The notes: a model not told the origin generated them from the sequence alone. Counted from the stretch's first letter, positions 35,339-46,457 are shown. The stretch: DNA of 64,000 bases from an uncultured Peptostreptococcaceae bacterium (GCA_905235115.1 CAJOKT010000003.1:11774-75773), one strand, 5' to 3'. Numbers and translations are program-made.

Positions 35339-38300
35339 ATGTTTTGCACTAATTGCGGTAAGGAAATCAAACCCAATGACAAGTTTTGCGCCAACTGCGG
35401 AGCGCCCGTGAATCAGGGTTCTCAGGGAGGCAGGTACGACAACGTGGTGTTCAATCCCCCCTTCAGGAAGGAGGCTGACAAGAAGTCCAGCGAGATCCTG
35501 AACAGCAGGGGAGATTTCACCAAATTCACTGATCTGGCTCAGGAGGAAAACCGCCGCCAGCAGAGGTCCAAGGCGAGAATGGACTGGAATCTTGACGGGT
35601 TCCCTGCCAGCTCAAGAGTGGACAACACTCCGCTTTTCGACTGGGATTCTGTTGCCGAGCGCAAAAGATCCGCTGCGCCTGATCCCGACATGGGCTCTAC
35701 TCAGGAACATATCAGGGTGACTCCCCAGCAGGAAAGATCATACGGCCTTCCATCTGACGACGACAGGGTAGTGCCGCTGGACGAGCTGGAGAAGGAGCTT
35801 TATGCGCTGGAGGACGACCTGAAGTCAGAGACAGCCAGAACCGCCGAATATGACAAGGCCAAGGTCAAGGAAATAGAAAACAGCGTGGAGCTGGATTCAT
35901 ATCTGGACGGGATCTCCCCGGAGGGCAAAAGACCCGAGAAGGCTTCTGAGGTTGCAGCCAGGGAGAGGAAGGCACAGAGCGAGGCCCAGGCTTTAGCAGA
36001 GGCCGCCAGAAAGAAGGAGGAGGCAAGATATGCCTCCATGACTAAGGCAGAGCGTGTCATCGCTGCCATGAAGAAGGACGCAGGAATGAAGTGGGACCTG
36101 GAGGAGCCTGCCCACAAGGAGGACGTCAAAGCTGCTTCATCCATGGGTCTCAACTGGGATATGGATCCCGCTGAAGCTGCCAGAAAGAAGAGAGCAGAGA
36201 AGCTTGCTTCCGGCGAGAAGAAGATGATCTGGAACGCTGAAGAGCGTGAGGCTCAGCTTAAGGCGCAGGAGGCTGCCCGCAGGGAGGCTCTTCTCAGGGC
36301 GCAGATGGAGGCCGAGGCGGCACGCCGCGCTAAGGAAGAGGCTGAGCGCAAGACCAGAGAAGAGGCGGAGGCGGCAGCCAGAGCACAGGCGGAAGCCGAG
36401 GCTGAGGCTCTTGCAAGAGCCAGGGCTGAAGAGGAAGCCGCAGAGGCCGCCAGGATCCAGGCGGAGGCAGAAGAACTTGCCAGGCGGAAGGCTGAAGAAG
36501 AGGCCAGAGCACTGGCTGAGGCCGAAGAAAGAGCCAGACAGGAGGCTGCTGCGCAGGCAGCGGCCGCAATGGCTGAGCAGGAGGCCAGACGCCAGGCTGA
36601 ACAGGCCAGAAAGGCAGCTGAACAGGAAGCGGCCAGGATCGAGGCTGAAACTTCCGAAAAGATCAGCTCCGATGTGAGCCTTGAGTTCGATGAGCTCATG
36701 AGGGAAGCCCAGCCTGCAGGATTTGAAAAGACCAGAGTATTCGACCAGGAAGCGCTGGATGCTCTTAACAGAGAAGCAAAAGAAAGGGCGGACTCCTCAA
36801 ACGCCGGATCCGGCGCAGCACTTGGGGCAGCGGCATTAGGAGCCGCGGGTCTTGGAGCTGCGGCGTCCCTGACCGGCCGGGAAAGACCGGTTCGCAGCCC
36901 TTACCAGTCTGACTTCGTTCCCGCATGGGAGAGAGAGCAGACCGAAAAGAATCCGGATGCCGCAGGGCACGTCGCAAGCAGGACCGAGGAAATGGCCAGA
37001 CTGGACGCGCTTCTTGAGGAACTTACGGCTGAGAAGAAACATCTGGAGGAAGAGGTAAAAGCGGAGGCACCGGCAGAGGAGCCCGCATCCGGGCATGCCG
37101 CGGATGAGCTTGAGACACCGGCTCCGGAGCCCTTTGATACAGAAACCGAAACCGAACACACAGCAGGACCCCGGACTGAGTCTGCACCGGAGCCGGAAGC
37201 AACTGCCGCGGCTGAAGAAGAGACACCCGGGATCGTGGACCTTACAGGCAAGGGAGACGAAAGGTTTTACACCTTCTCCCAGAAGAACGCGGAATTCCAG
37301 GAACTTCTTCAGAAGGAAAAGGAAAGACTGAGGGAGATGGGTTCCGGATACGTTCCCAGGAACACCCTTTCTCAGAACGCTGTACTCGCCAACTTCGGCG
37401 TGCTTCCCGCGCTGGCCTATGAGGAAAACGGCGTCTACGTGGAGGGCATCGACCAGCCCAAGGCTTCGGAGGGAGTCGACTATTCCGGATACGGCGAGCC
37501 CAATCAGGGCACCGCGTGGAAACCTGGACAGGGCGGCGACCTTCTTTCCGAACTGGCTGACGAAGCACCGTCTCCTGCCAAAAAGACCAGACTCAGATAT
37601 TCGGATCTTTTCCCTGCGGAGGACGTGAATCACGCGGAGAATCAGAAGAAGGCAGCGGAGGCTGCTGCAGCTGCGGCAGCTGCAGGACTTGCATCGGAGG
37701 CCGCGAAAGAGACAGATGCAGTTCCTCAGGAAAGATATCAGACTGCCACCGGGATCTCCGGCGCTACAGGCATCACAAATGCAGTGGATACTGAGGACGT
37801 TCCCGACATCAACAAGATCTTCGACGAGGACGAAGAGCAGAAGCCCAGGAAGCACATCGTAGGCAATATCATCATTGCCATCCTTGTACTTCTCATCCTC
37901 TTCGAAGCATCCATTCTTGCGGCCAAGCTCATCGCTCCGGACAGCGCATATTCCAGACTGACGGATCCTGTGATCGAGAAGATCATGGATCTTGCCACAT
38001 CCATCGGAAAGGATGAGGAACCTGAACAACCTGCCATAGATGACGAGGCTCTTGAGAGAGAAGCAGCGGCCATCACTCTTGAACAGACCATTTCGGAGCT
38101 TTCCGCTGAGGCTGAGACTCTGGGCGAAGTAAGGTACAACGCGGACCTTACATATGATAAGGTGGACAATCCCCACTTCGACGGCATCGTGGACATGATC
38201 CCCCTGGACAACGGACTTTTCACCATAAATGAGAACGGTGAGGGAGTGTCCTACGCTGAAGCCATCGCCAGAGAGGTGATCCAGTACTATGACGGATGGC

Positions 38301-38512
38301 AGGCAGATAATACAGATGAGACTTACGTCGGAATCAATACTCTTGAGATCGGCGACATAAGAACAGACGGAACCAACTTCTATGTTTTGACGAGGGCGAT
38401 CTACGCGAAGAACGACGGAACCACGGCGACCTACGTCAGGTCATGCCGCCTGACGGCTTCCGATGACAGGATGGTCCTTGAAGAGATCGGAGAGGAGCAG
38501 TTTAATGGATAG
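35339..38512 (+). CDS. Zinc-ribbon protein with a long Ala/Glu/Arg-rich helical segment, a TM helix and a C-terminal globular domain
   Basis: ATG 35339 follows a GGAAGGAG SD. MFCTNCGKEIKPNDKFCANCGAP is the zinc ribbon. An E/A/R/K-rich stretch of about 140 aa follows, and the TM helix is IVGNIIIAILVLLILF. Confidence 0.75.
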   Translation: MFCTNCGKEIKPNDKFCANCGAPVNQGSQGGRYDNVVFNPPFRKEADKKSSEILNSRGDFTKFTDLAQEENRRQQRSKARMDWNLDGFPASSRVDNTPLFDWDSVAERKRSAAPDPDMGSTQEHIRVTPQQERSYGLPSDDDRVVPLDELEKELYALEDDLKSETARTAEYDKAKVKEIENSVELDSYLDGISPEGKRPEKASEVAARERKAQSEAQALAEAARKKEEARYASMTKAERVIAAMKKDAGMKWDLEEPAHKEDVKAASSMGLNWDMDPAEAARKKRAEKLASGEKKMIWNAEEREAQLKAQEAARREALLRAQMEAEAARRAKEEAERKTREEAEAAARAQAEAEAEALARARAEEEAAEAARIQAEAEELARRKAEEEARALAEAEERARQEAAAQAAAAMAEQEARRQAEQARKAAEQEAARIEAETSEKISSDVSLEFDELMREAQPAGFEKTRVFDQEALDALNREAKERADSSNAGSGAALGAAALGAAGLGAAASLTGRERPVRSPYQSDFVPAWEREQTEKNPDAAGHVASRTEEMARLDALLEELTAEKKHLEEEVKAEAPAEEPASGHAADELETPAPEPFDTETETEHTAGPRTESAPEPEATAAAEEETPGIVDLTGKGDERFYTFSQKNAEFQELLQKEKERLREMGSGYVPRNTLSQNAVLANFGVLPALAYEENGVYVEGIDQPKASEGVDYSGYGEPNQGTAWKPGQGGDLLSELADEAPSPAKKTRLRYSDLFPAEDVNHAENQKKAAEAAAAAAAAGLASEAAKETDAVPQERYQTATGISGATGITNAVDTEDVPDINKIFDEDEEQKPRKHIVGNIIIAILVLLILFEASILAAKLIAPDSAYSRLTDPVIEKIMDLATSIGKDEEPEQPAIDDEALEREAAAITLEQTISELSAEAETLGEVRYNADLTYDKVDNPHFDGIVDMIPLDNGLFTINENGEGVSYAEAIAREVIQYYDGWQADNTDETYVGINTLEIGDIRTDGTNFYVLTRAIYAKNDGTTATYVRSCRLTASDDRMVLEEIGEEQFNG

Positions 38513-41501
38513 TAAAGTAACGCAAAAATTCCAGCACAAGGTACTTCTGATCGTGGCCATCGTAGTTGTGGTCCTGTCGCTGTTCCTTTCGCTGGTGAAC
38601 TTCATAGGTGACTTTCTCTGGTTCAAGGAGATGGGCTACCTGGATGTTTTCTTCAAGCAGCTGGTGACGCAGCTCAAGGTAGGCATACCTACCTTCGTGG
38701 TGATCAGCGCCTTGCTCTACGTGTACCTCACCAGGCTCAGGAAGGGGTACTTCAAAAAGATCGCTTCCGGTGAGGAGACCAACATGAAGAGGCTGAAGAG
38801 GATCACCCTGATCCTTGCCCTGGTGTTCGGTCTGATCGTGACCTTCATCACGGTGAGCAGGCTGTGGTTCGAGATACTGAAGTTCGCAAACGCTTCATAT
38901 TTCGATATCACTGATCCCTTGTTCCATATAGACATTTCGTTCTATATCTTCAAACTTGATTTCCTGACACAGCTCAATGAGCTGCTCATCGGGGTCATTG
39001 TAGGATTCGTTATCCTGACTGTGATCTATTATGTGATCCTCATGACGGTGCACACCCCGGATCTTTTCGAGGAAAAGCCCAACACCGGGGAGACCTCATA
39101 TCAGGAGTCCTCTGAGGAAGCCAGATATACCGGTTCCTCCAACCCATTCGGACAGAACGGAAATCCCTTCGGACAGGCAGGCGACTTCTTCGAGAAGATG
39201 GGATTCAAGAGACCGGAACCCAAGCCCAAAAAGCAGCTGGACGACGATAATTTCCGCCAGCTCATGAGCATCGCATCAGGCAAGCTCACAGCTCTTGGGT
39301 GCATCTTCTTCCTGATGCTTGCGGTGGATTTCTTCCTTAAGCAGTTCGACCTTCTCCACGTCCACACCGGCGTGGTCTACGGCGCAGGTTTCACTGATGT
39401 GACCGTCACTCTATGGATGTACAGGATACTCTGTTTCCTGGCGGCTGCTGCCGCGGTGATGTTCGTCATCTTCATGAAAAAAAGGGACTATAAGAAGCTT
39501 CTGACGATCCCGGTGCTGATGATCCTGGTCGGCCTTCTGGGCACGGGCGCTTCCGCAGTGGTACAGAACTTCATCGTATCTCCCGACGAGCTTCAGAAGG
39601 AGACGCCTTATCTTCTTAACAACATCGAATATACGCAGTATGCTTATGATCTTGAAGACGTGGCGATAAAAAGTTTTGCGGCGGACAACACCCTGACCGC
39701 CCAGTCTATCGCTGACAACATGGAGACCATCACCAATATCAGGATCAACGACTTCGAGCCTGCTGAACAGTTCTATAACCAGACTCAGTCCATCCGTCAG
39801 TACTACACCTTCAATGACGTGGATAACGACAGGTACATGGTAAACGGTGAATACACCCAGACTTTCCTGTCGGCCCGTGAGATCGATGAGAACAAAATAT
39901 CCGATACCTGGCTGAACAGGCATCTGAAGTACACTCACGGATATGGCGTTTCGATGTCCCGCGTGGATAAGGTCACATCTTCAGGACAGCCTGACATCAT
40001 AGTTGGAAACATTCCCCCTGAGACGGCTGTGGATGAGATAAAGATCACAAGACCGGAGATATACTTCGGCGAGCTCTCCAACGAGTATGTGGTGGTGGGG
40101 ACCGACGAGCAGGAGTTCGACTACCCCAACGGGGACACCAACTCATACACCATGTATGAGGGTACGGCAGGCATAAAGATGAACCTGTTCAACCGTCTGG
40201 TATTCTCCATCAGAGAGGGCAGCGTCCAGCTTCTGGTATCCTCCAACATCGACAGCAGCTCCAGGATCATCATCAACAGGAACGTGGTAGACAGGGTCCG
40301 CAGGATCATGCCCTACTTAAGCTATGAGGACGATCCCTACATGGTGACCGTGGACGGAAAACTCTACTGGATAATCGATGCATACACGGTATCCAACATG
40401 TATCCGTATTCAGAGCCTTACACCAATGAGACCAACTTGAACTACATACGTAACTCCGTGAAGGTGGTCATCGATGCATACAACGGAACTACCGACTATT
40501 ATGTGATAGACGATCAGGACCCCATCGCCATGACTTATCAGAAGATCTATCCCACTCTGTTCAAGTCTATCAGCGACCTTCCGGACAGCCTCAGGGAACA
40601 CCTGAGATATCCCAACGCCCTGTTCCAGATCCAGGCCAAGGTATATGCCAAGTACCACATGGAGGACGTGAACGTCTTCTATCAGTCAGAGGACCTTTGG
40701 GACATCGCCAATGAGATCTACGGAATGGATAAACAGCAGATCATCCCCAACTACTACATCGCCAAGCTTCCAGGGGAGACCAGAGCCGAGTTCTTCAACT
40801 CCGTTCCTTTCACACCCAGATCGAAGCAAAACATGACAGCTCTCATGGTGGCCAGGAACGACGGGGAAAACTACGGTCAGCTGGTGCTGTATCAATTCCC
40901 CAAATCCAAGACGGTTTACGGAACTGAACAGATCGAGGCGCAGATCGACCAGAACACCGAGATCTCCAAAGACTTCACTCTGTGGGCTTCCAACGGCACC
41001 TCATACAGGAGAGGAAACCTCTTCGTAATACCCATCAACACGTCAGTTCTATACGTTGAGCCGGTATATCTGGAGGCTCAGAACTCCTCCATTCCTGAGG
41101 TCAAGAGGATCATCGTGGTCTATAAGGATCAGATCGCATACGGAGAGACCCTGGCGGAATGTATCCAGGAACTCTTCAGATATGACATCACAAAAGATCA
41201 GAACAACGCATCGATAATAGACGATGGATCTGGTGAGCCGAACGATCAGAATGAAAACACCGAACCAGAAGGTAATTACACCCAGGACGAGCTTATCGTG
41301 AAGGCTCAGCAGGCCTTTGACGATGCTCAGGATGCCCTGAGAAACGGGGACTGGGCTAAATATGGCCAGTACATGGATCAGCTGTCTGAATATCTTGCTC
41401 AGCTTTCGGGAGAAGGAGGCAGCACCTCCGGCTTCACTGATGTCACGGATGATGAATATTCCGGAACCGAGGGCGAAGAGACTGAGGAGACGGGCAACTG
41501 A
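38505..41501 (+). CDS. UPF0182-family large membrane protein
   Basis: ATG 38505 overlaps the upstream stop. The ~1000-aa product has an N-terminal multi-TM region and a large extracytoplasmic domain. Family assignment is from memory of the UPF0182 architecture. Confidence 0.65.
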   Translation: MDSKVTQKFQHKVLLIVAIVVVVLSLFLSLVNFIGDFLWFKEMGYLDVFFKQLVTQLKVGIPTFVVISALLYVYLTRLRKGYFKKIASGEETNMKRLKRITLILALVFGLIVTFITVSRLWFEILKFANASYFDITDPLFHIDISFYIFKLDFLTQLNELLIGVIVGFVILTVIYYVILMTVHTPDLFEEKPNTGETSYQESSEEARYTGSSNPFGQNGNPFGQAGDFFEKMGFKRPEPKPKKQLDDDNFRQLMSIASGKLTALGCIFFLMLAVDFFLKQFDLLHVHTGVVYGAGFTDVTVTLWMYRILCFLAAAAAVMFVIFMKKRDYKKLLTIPVLMILVGLLGTGASAVVQNFIVSPDELQKETPYLLNNIEYTQYAYDLEDVAIKSFAADNTLTAQSIADNMETITNIRINDFEPAEQFYNQTQSIRQYYTFNDVDNDRYMVNGEYTQTFLSAREIDENKISDTWLNRHLKYTHGYGVSMSRVDKVTSSGQPDIIVGNIPPETAVDEIKITRPEIYFGELSNEYVVVGTDEQEFDYPNGDTNSYTMYEGTAGIKMNLFNRLVFSIREGSVQLLVSSNIDSSSRIIINRNVVDRVRRIMPYLSYEDDPYMVTVDGKLYWIIDAYTVSNMYPYSEPYTNETNLNYIRNSVKVVIDAYNGTTDYYVIDDQDPIAMTYQKIYPTLFKSISDLPDSLREHLRYPNALFQIQAKVYAKYHMEDVNVFYQSEDLWDIANEIYGMDKQQIIPNYYIAKLPGETRAEFFNSVPFTPRSKQNMTALMVARNDGENYGQLVLYQFPKSKTVYGTEQIEAQIDQNTEISKDFTLWASNGTSYRRGNLFVIPINTSVLYVEPVYLEAQNSSIPEVKRIIVVYKDQIAYGETLAECIQELFRYDITKDQNNASIIDDGSGEPNDQNENTEPEGNYTQDELIVKAQQAFDDAQDALRNGDWAKYGQYMDQLSEYLAQLSGEGGSTSGFTDVTDDEYSGTEGEETEETGN

Positions 41502-41555
41502 TAAAGGATCAAATATTAATGCATTCAGCTTAAGATTTTTTGCCGGAGTAAAACA

Positions 41556-43469
41556 ATGCGTGATTTTGATACGGAAAGGATGCTTTTCACCATACCGGAG
41601 AAGATGCATAACGAGGAAACTCTTCAGCGTCTTCTCAATGAGCATCCGGAAATTAAATTCATATCCCTGGCGGGCATAGATATCGCCGGGAACGATACTG
41701 ACGAGAGGATCCCTGCGGCGCTCTTCAAGGAAGGCATGGAGGACATGCTGCGCCACGGGGTCCAGACCGACGGGTCCAGCGTGAATCTGCCCAGGATCGC
41801 TGAACTCAACAATGCCAAGGTTGACATGATCCCCGACATGAAGGCGGACTGGCATGTGGACTACAATTTTTCCAACGTGGACCTGAAGACCGGTCTTCCG
41901 GTGGGGACACTCAGGATCCCGGCCACGCTGATCCACAACGGCAGGAAGGCTGTGGGGTCCAGAGCTATTCTGGAGAATTCGGTCCGGAAGTTCAGAACTG
42001 AGCTTCTGGAACTCCTCCGGGCGCACCCCTACGTGTTCAGTTATCTTCAGGGAGTGGATTCCCCGGATGAGATAGAGGACATCGTACTCACATCGGCCAC
42101 AGAACTGGAATTCTGGGTCAGGACACCGGAGGACAAGGCGGACAGGGAGGAACTGTTCACATCCCAGGAACTTAAGGAGCAGTACTGGAAGAGAACCTAT
42201 GGTCCGGTGCGCACCGCTCTGGAAAAGACCCTGGATATCCTGGACTGCTACGGACTCCACGTGGAAATGGGCCACAAAGAGGTTGGGGGAGTCAAATCCA
42301 GACTCACGTCCTCAGGGGGCATGGACCACATTATGGAGCAGCTGGAGATCGACTGGAAGTACGCGTCTCCCATGCAGGCCGCAGATAACGAGAAACTCGC
42401 AAAAAACATAGTCCGCGAGGTCTTCAACGAGTTCGGACTGGGCACCAGCTTCAAGGCTAAGCCTGTGGAGGGCGTAGCCGGCTCCGGCGAGCACACCCAT
42501 TTCGGAGTGGCTGCCAGACTGAAGTCAGGAAAGACTGTGAACCTTTTTAACACAAAGTCCATGGAGGAGGATTTTCTGAGCCCGGTGGGTTACGGAGCAC
42601 TCATGGGCATCCTGAAGAATTACGAGGCCCTCAACCCGTTCATAAGTTCCTCCACCAACTCTTTAAAAAGACTGAAGCCCGGTTTCGAGGCGCCGGTGTG
42701 CGTGGTGACGTCTCTTGGCCACGATCCCGGGGATCCGTCCAGGAACAGGACCATCCTGATCGGCCTGGTAAGAGATCTGACGAGCCCCATGTCTACCAGG
42801 TTCGAGTTGAGATCACCGAATCCCAAGAGCAACACATATCTTGTGCTGGCCACCGGATATATGGCCATGCTGGACGGCATCAGGGCAGCTCTGGAAGGGG
42901 AAAAGACCCCGGCTGATCTGGAACGCTCCATCTCAAAGAAGAGCGGTGAAGAGGACTTCTACCTTGAGCGGGACAGAGAATACCGCTCCGAGAAGAACGT
43001 TTTCACTGACTATTCGGAAGAGGACCGCAAAAAACTGTTCGGAGATCCTCCGGGCACAGTCTGGGAGAACCTGAAGAATCTGGACGAGTATCCGGAAAAG
43101 CTCAGAGCGGTGACCGAAGGGATCATGGACGACCAGTCCGTGGATTCCTACAGGACATGCATACTGTACGAGTGGGCCAAGGAGATGCAGCTCAGAAACA
43201 TCCCGAACGCCATAGACGACGTAAGGGGATGCTCGAAACTGGACGACTCCATGTCCAATGACCTCGATGACGTGAAGTGGGATAGGGTAAGCAAGCTGAA
43301 ACACTGCATCGCCAAGGACTCTCTTGAGTCCAGGAGCCTTTTGTCGAGAGCAGCTGAAGCCCTGGAAGAGGAGGACTACGAGACTGCGAGTGCTCTTCAG
43401 AAAGAGATCCAGGCCAAGCTGGAAGAGTTAAAGAAAGAATACGCATCATACAGGAGAAATCTGGTCTAG
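41556..43469 (+). CDS. glnA: Glutamine synthetase, type III-like
   Basis: GS catalytic motifs MGHKEVGG, GSGEHTHFG and RFELRSPNPKSNTYL. The 637-aa size exceeds type I. Confidence 0.7.
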   Translation: MRDFDTERMLFTIPEKMHNEETLQRLLNEHPEIKFISLAGIDIAGNDTDERIPAALFKEGMEDMLRHGVQTDGSSVNLPRIAELNNAKVDMIPDMKADWHVDYNFSNVDLKTGLPVGTLRIPATLIHNGRKAVGSRAILENSVRKFRTELLELLRAHPYVFSYLQGVDSPDEIEDIVLTSATELEFWVRTPEDKADREELFTSQELKEQYWKRTYGPVRTALEKTLDILDCYGLHVEMGHKEVGGVKSRLTSSGGMDHIMEQLEIDWKYASPMQAADNEKLAKNIVREVFNEFGLGTSFKAKPVEGVAGSGEHTHFGVAARLKSGKTVNLFNTKSMEEDFLSPVGYGALMGILKNYEALNPFISSSTNSLKRLKPGFEAPVCVVTSLGHDPGDPSRNRTILIGLVRDLTSPMSTRFELRSPNPKSNTYLVLATGYMAMLDGIRAALEGEKTPADLERSISKKSGEEDFYLERDREYRSEKNVFTDYSEEDRKKLFGDPPGTVWENLKNLDEYPEKLRAVTEGIMDDQSVDSYRTCILYEWAKEMQLRNIPNAIDDVRGCSKLDDSMSNDLDDVKWDRVSKLKHCIAKDSLESRSLLSRAAEALEEEDYETASALQKEIQAKLEELKKEYASYRRNLV

Positions 43470-43503
43470 GCAGGCTGCCGGACCATGAAAGGAAGTAGAG
43501 TAA

Positions 43504-44790
43504 ATGCTGGACATAAAGAGGATCAGGGAAGATTATGAAGGCGCAAAGGCCGGTGTTGAGAGAAGACTTAAGGGAAGCTTCGGAATAGAGAATATTCCTG
43601 CTCTTGATGAAAAGAGAAGAGACCTGCTTGCAAAGGTGGAAGCCATGAAGGCCACGCAGAACAAGGTGTCAAGGGAGATCCCGAAGATGAAGAAGGCAGG
43701 TGAGGACACCACAGCTGTCATGGCTGAGATGAAGGAACTGTCTCAGAGCATCAAGGAACTTGACGCAGAGGTCTCCCAGGTGGAGAACGACATCAGGGAT
43801 TGTTTACTGGGCATTCCAAACATTCCCGCGGACTTCGTGCAGGAAGGTGAGGACGACTCCGCCAACGTGGAGCTGAGGCGCTTCATGGAACCCACAAAAT
43901 TCGATTTCGAGCCCAAAGCCCACTGGGATATCGGTGCTGACCTGAATATTCTGGACTGGGAGAGGGCAGGCAAGATCGCAGGCACCAGATTCACCATCTA
44001 CAAGGGTCTCGGCGCCAGACTTGAGAGATCCATCGAGAACTTCATGCTGGATCTTCACACCGTGGATCAGGATTATCTGGAGATCCTTCCGCCCTTCATG
44101 GTGAACCGCATGGCCATGACCGGAACAGGACAGCTTCCCAAGTTCGAGGAGGACATGTTCTACGTTCCCCAGAAGGATTTCTTCCTCATTCCCACAGCGG
44201 AGGTGCCAGTTACCAACATGCTTGGCGGAGAGATCATCCCCGAGGCGGAGCTTCCCATCCACTACACTGCGTATACGCCGTGCTTCAGAGCTGAGGCAGG
44301 TTCCGCAGGCCGCGACACGAGAGGCCTGATCAGACAGCATCAGTTCAACAAGGTGGAACTGGTGAAGTTCACAAGACCGGAAGATTCCTGGGATGAACTT
44401 GAAGCGCTCACCGCCGATGCGGAGGCAGTGCTTAAGATCCTGGGCATACCATACAGAGTGGTGAGACTTTCCACCGGTGACCTGGGATTCTCCTCTGCAT
44501 GCACCTACGATATCGAGGTATGGATGCCCTCCTACGGAAGATACGTGGAGATCTCGTCCTGCTCCAACTTCCTGGACTTCCAGGCCAGAAGAGCCAACAT
44601 ACGCTTCAGAAGGACCGAAGGCGGAAAGCCCGAGTTCGTACACACACTGAACGGTTCCGGACTTGCCATCGGCCGCACCACAGCCGCAGTTCTGGAAAAC
44701 TTCCAGCAGGAAGACGGTTCCGTGGTGGTGCCTGAACCTTTGAGAAAATACATGGGCGTGGATGTCATCGGAAAGAACGAGAGATATTGA
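43504..44790 (+). CDS. serS: Seryl-tRNA synthetase
   Basis: [11 protein letters not shown]-terminal coiled coil. Class II motif 2 is [25 protein letters not shown] and motif 3 is GSGLAIGRT. Confidence 0.95.
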   Translation: MLDIKRIREDYEGAKAGVERRLKGSFGIENIPALDEKRRDLLAKVEAMKATQNKVSREIPKMKKAGEDTTAVMAEMKELSQSIKELDAEVSQVENDIRDCLLGIPNIPADFVQEGEDDSANVELRRFMEPTKFDFEPKAHWDIGADLNILDWERAGKIAGTRFTIYKGLGARLERSIENFMLDLHTVDQDYLEILPPFMVNRMAMTGTGQLPKFEEDMFYVPQKDFFLIPTAEVPVTNMLGGEIIPEAELPIHYTAYTPCFRAEAGSAGRDTRGLIRQHQFNKVELVKFTRPEDSWDELEALTADAEAVLKILGIPYRVVRLSTGDLGFSSACTYDIEVWMPSYGRYVEISSCSNFLDFQARRANIRFRRTEGGKPEFVHTLNGSGLAIGRTTAAVLENFQQEDGSVVVPEPLRKYMGVDVIGKNERY

Positions 44791-44833
44791 TGTATATAGA
44801 TCATCTGATCCGGAACCGATATTTAGCATAAGA

Positions 44834-44857
44834 AAGGCCCCGCCGCGGCGGGGCCTT
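44834..44857 (+). terminator. GC-rich hairpin terminator after serS
   Basis: AAGGCCCCGCC-GC-GGCGGGGCCTT. The T-tract is weak. Confidence 0.55.
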
Positions 44858-45015
44858 CGTGCGTTTCGCCGAAAAGGCAGGAGACGGTCCCTATCTTATT
44901 TAAGAATGCCCGGTACTTTCCGAGCATTCTTAAAGCTTGACATCACAAGCATTCGGCATTGATTTCAGGCTTCCGGTGATATAAAATCGAAACGGACATA
45001 GGTCAGGAGGATAAA

Positions 45016-46422
45016 ATGTATTCTTTGATAGATTTTTTGCCTGAGCATGCGGGGTCACGGCCGGTATCTTTTCACATGCCGGGGCACAAGGGAGCGGACT
45101 TTTTCAGACGCATGGGCTATGGAAAGCTCATGGGGAATCTGGTGGATATGGATATCACAGAGATCCCCGGAGCGGACAATCTTTTCCAGAACGAGGATGT
45201 GATCCTTGAGGTCATGGAGAAGTACAAAAAACTCTACTTAAGCCGGAGATCCTACCTTCTTGTAAACGGATCGTCGGTAGGGCTCATCGCGGCCATCCTG
45301 ACCACCGCACCAAGAGGCAGCAGGGTGCTCATAGCCAGAAACTCCCACAAATCCATATATAACGCGGTTTATCTCGGCGGGCTTGAAGCAGGATATCTCT
45401 ATCCTGAGATCCTGGAGGAGGAGGGGATCACCGGCGAGATCACACCGGATGAGGTCAGGCGTGCCCTGAAGGAAGACCCGGACACAGCATGCGTGGTGCT
45501 TCCTTCCCCCAATTACTACGGTATCTGTTCGGACATTCCGGCCATAAGCCGGATATGTCACGAGGCCGGCGCCGTGCTCATAGTGGATCAGGCTCACGGT
45601 GCTCATCTGAAATTCATGGATGACGGCACATATCCTGTGTCCGCCGAAGAGGGCGGCGCGGATATGGTGATCAATTCCACCCATAAGACTCTGGCCTCTC
45701 TCACCCAGACCGCTATACTCAATGTGATGACTGACAGGGCGGATCTGCCCGCTCTGGAAAACTGGCTCCAGATCCTGGAGTCGTCCAGCCCGTCGTATCC
45801 CCTCATGCTGAGCCTTGACGTGAACGCGGAGATACTCATGAGCCGAAATGGCAGAAAGGCCACGGAAGACTGGAGGGATGCGGTGGAAGGCTTTTACGCT
45901 CGGGTACATGAGGTGCCGGGGCTCAGGGTCCTCAGACACCCGTATCTTGACAGGACCAAGATCAATCTGGACATGAGCGGGGCGGGCTTAAGCGGCTCCG
46001 GTCTTGAAGCAGAACTGAACCAGAGGAACATCTGGCCTGAACTGGTCACGGGAAACATCGTAATGTGCATGACCGGGATCGGCACCACTGAAAGCCACAT
46101 CGAAAGGCTCCTCGAGGCCCTTAAGGACATCGCCGCATCTTCCGGAGACAGTCCGCAAAACAGCAGATCTCCGCAGTCTGTGAAGACAATGTTCAGACTT
46201 GAACGTAAAAATACCCCCGTAAAATACTGCTCTAGACCCGTGAAAGAGTGCGCAGGGCTAGTGTCCGCGGGACTGATCGTACCCTATCCGCCGGGGATAC
46301 CGCTGGCATGTCCCGGGGAGGTCCTTACTGAGGAACTGCTCACTTACGTGGCAGGACTCAGGGCCCGGGGAGAGAAGGTCATCGGCATAGATGAGGATAT
46401 GAAGATCAGAGTCGGAATATAA
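45016..46422 (+). CDS. Orn/Lys/Arg decarboxylase-family PLP enzyme
   Basis: SFHMPGHKG N-terminal motif, STHKTL (PLP lysine), about 470 aa. Confidence 0.8.
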   Translation: MYSLIDFLPEHAGSRPVSFHMPGHKGADFFRRMGYGKLMGNLVDMDITEIPGADNLFQNEDVILEVMEKYKKLYLSRRSYLLVNGSSVGLIAAILTTAPRGSRVLIARNSHKSIYNAVYLGGLEAGYLYPEILEEEGITGEITPDEVRRALKEDPDTACVVLPSPNYYGICSDIPAISRICHEAGAVLIVDQAHGAHLKFMDDGTYPVSAEEGGADMVINSTHKTLASLTQTAILNVMTDRADLPALENWLQILESSSPSYPLMLSLDVNAEILMSRNGRKATEDWRDAVEGFYARVHEVPGLRVLRHPYLDRTKINLDMSGAGLSGSGLEAELNQRNIWPELVTGNIVMCMTGIGTTESHIERLLEALKDIAASSGDSPQNSRSPQSVKTMFRLERKNTPVKYCSRPVKECAGLVSAGLIVPYPPGIPLACPGEVLTEELLTYVAGLRARGEKVIGIDEDMKIRVGI

Positions 46423-46434
46423 TGTATTAAAAAA

Positions 46435-46457
46435 AATGCCAGATAATGGCATTTTTT
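46435..46457 (+). terminator. Rho-independent terminator
   Basis: AATGCCA (46435..46441) pairs with TGGCATT (46447..46453), followed by TTTT. A preceding A-run makes it potentially bidirectional. Confidence 0.7.

Noticed and set aside
36240-36700. Apparent GC-rich DNA repeats (gaggc/gcaga-type) as a nucleotide-level repeat element
   Set aside because: They are explained by the codon usage of an Ala/Glu/Arg-rich helical protein segment. There is no fixed period or exact unit.
36836-38176. Large antisense ORF (446 aa) and many other minus-strand ORFs in 35.8-38.2 kb
   Set aside because: These are shadow ORFs opposite a GC-rich, Ala/Glu/Arg-rich coding region. Their composition is low-complexity (Arg/Ser/Cys/Leu-rich), and the sense-strand gene has a clear zinc ribbon, TM helix and SD.
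43470-43503. T-box leaders upstream of serS and glnS
   Set aside because: The serS intergenic gap is only about 35 nt, and glnS overlaps the upstream gene. There is no room for a T-box, and no T-box consensus sequence was seen.
41049-44829. Long minus-strand ORFs 41049..42275 (408 aa) and 43804..44829 (341 aa)
   Set aside because: They lie antisense to the glutamine synthetase and serS genes, both of which carry unambiguous catalytic motifs. Stop-poor antisense frames are typical of high-GC coding DNA.
44902-44931. 8-bp-stem hairpin AAGAATGC...GCATTCTT upstream of the decarboxylase gene as a terminator or riboswitch element
   Set aside because: No T-run follows on either strand, and no recognisable riboswitch core was seen. 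It was left unannotated.
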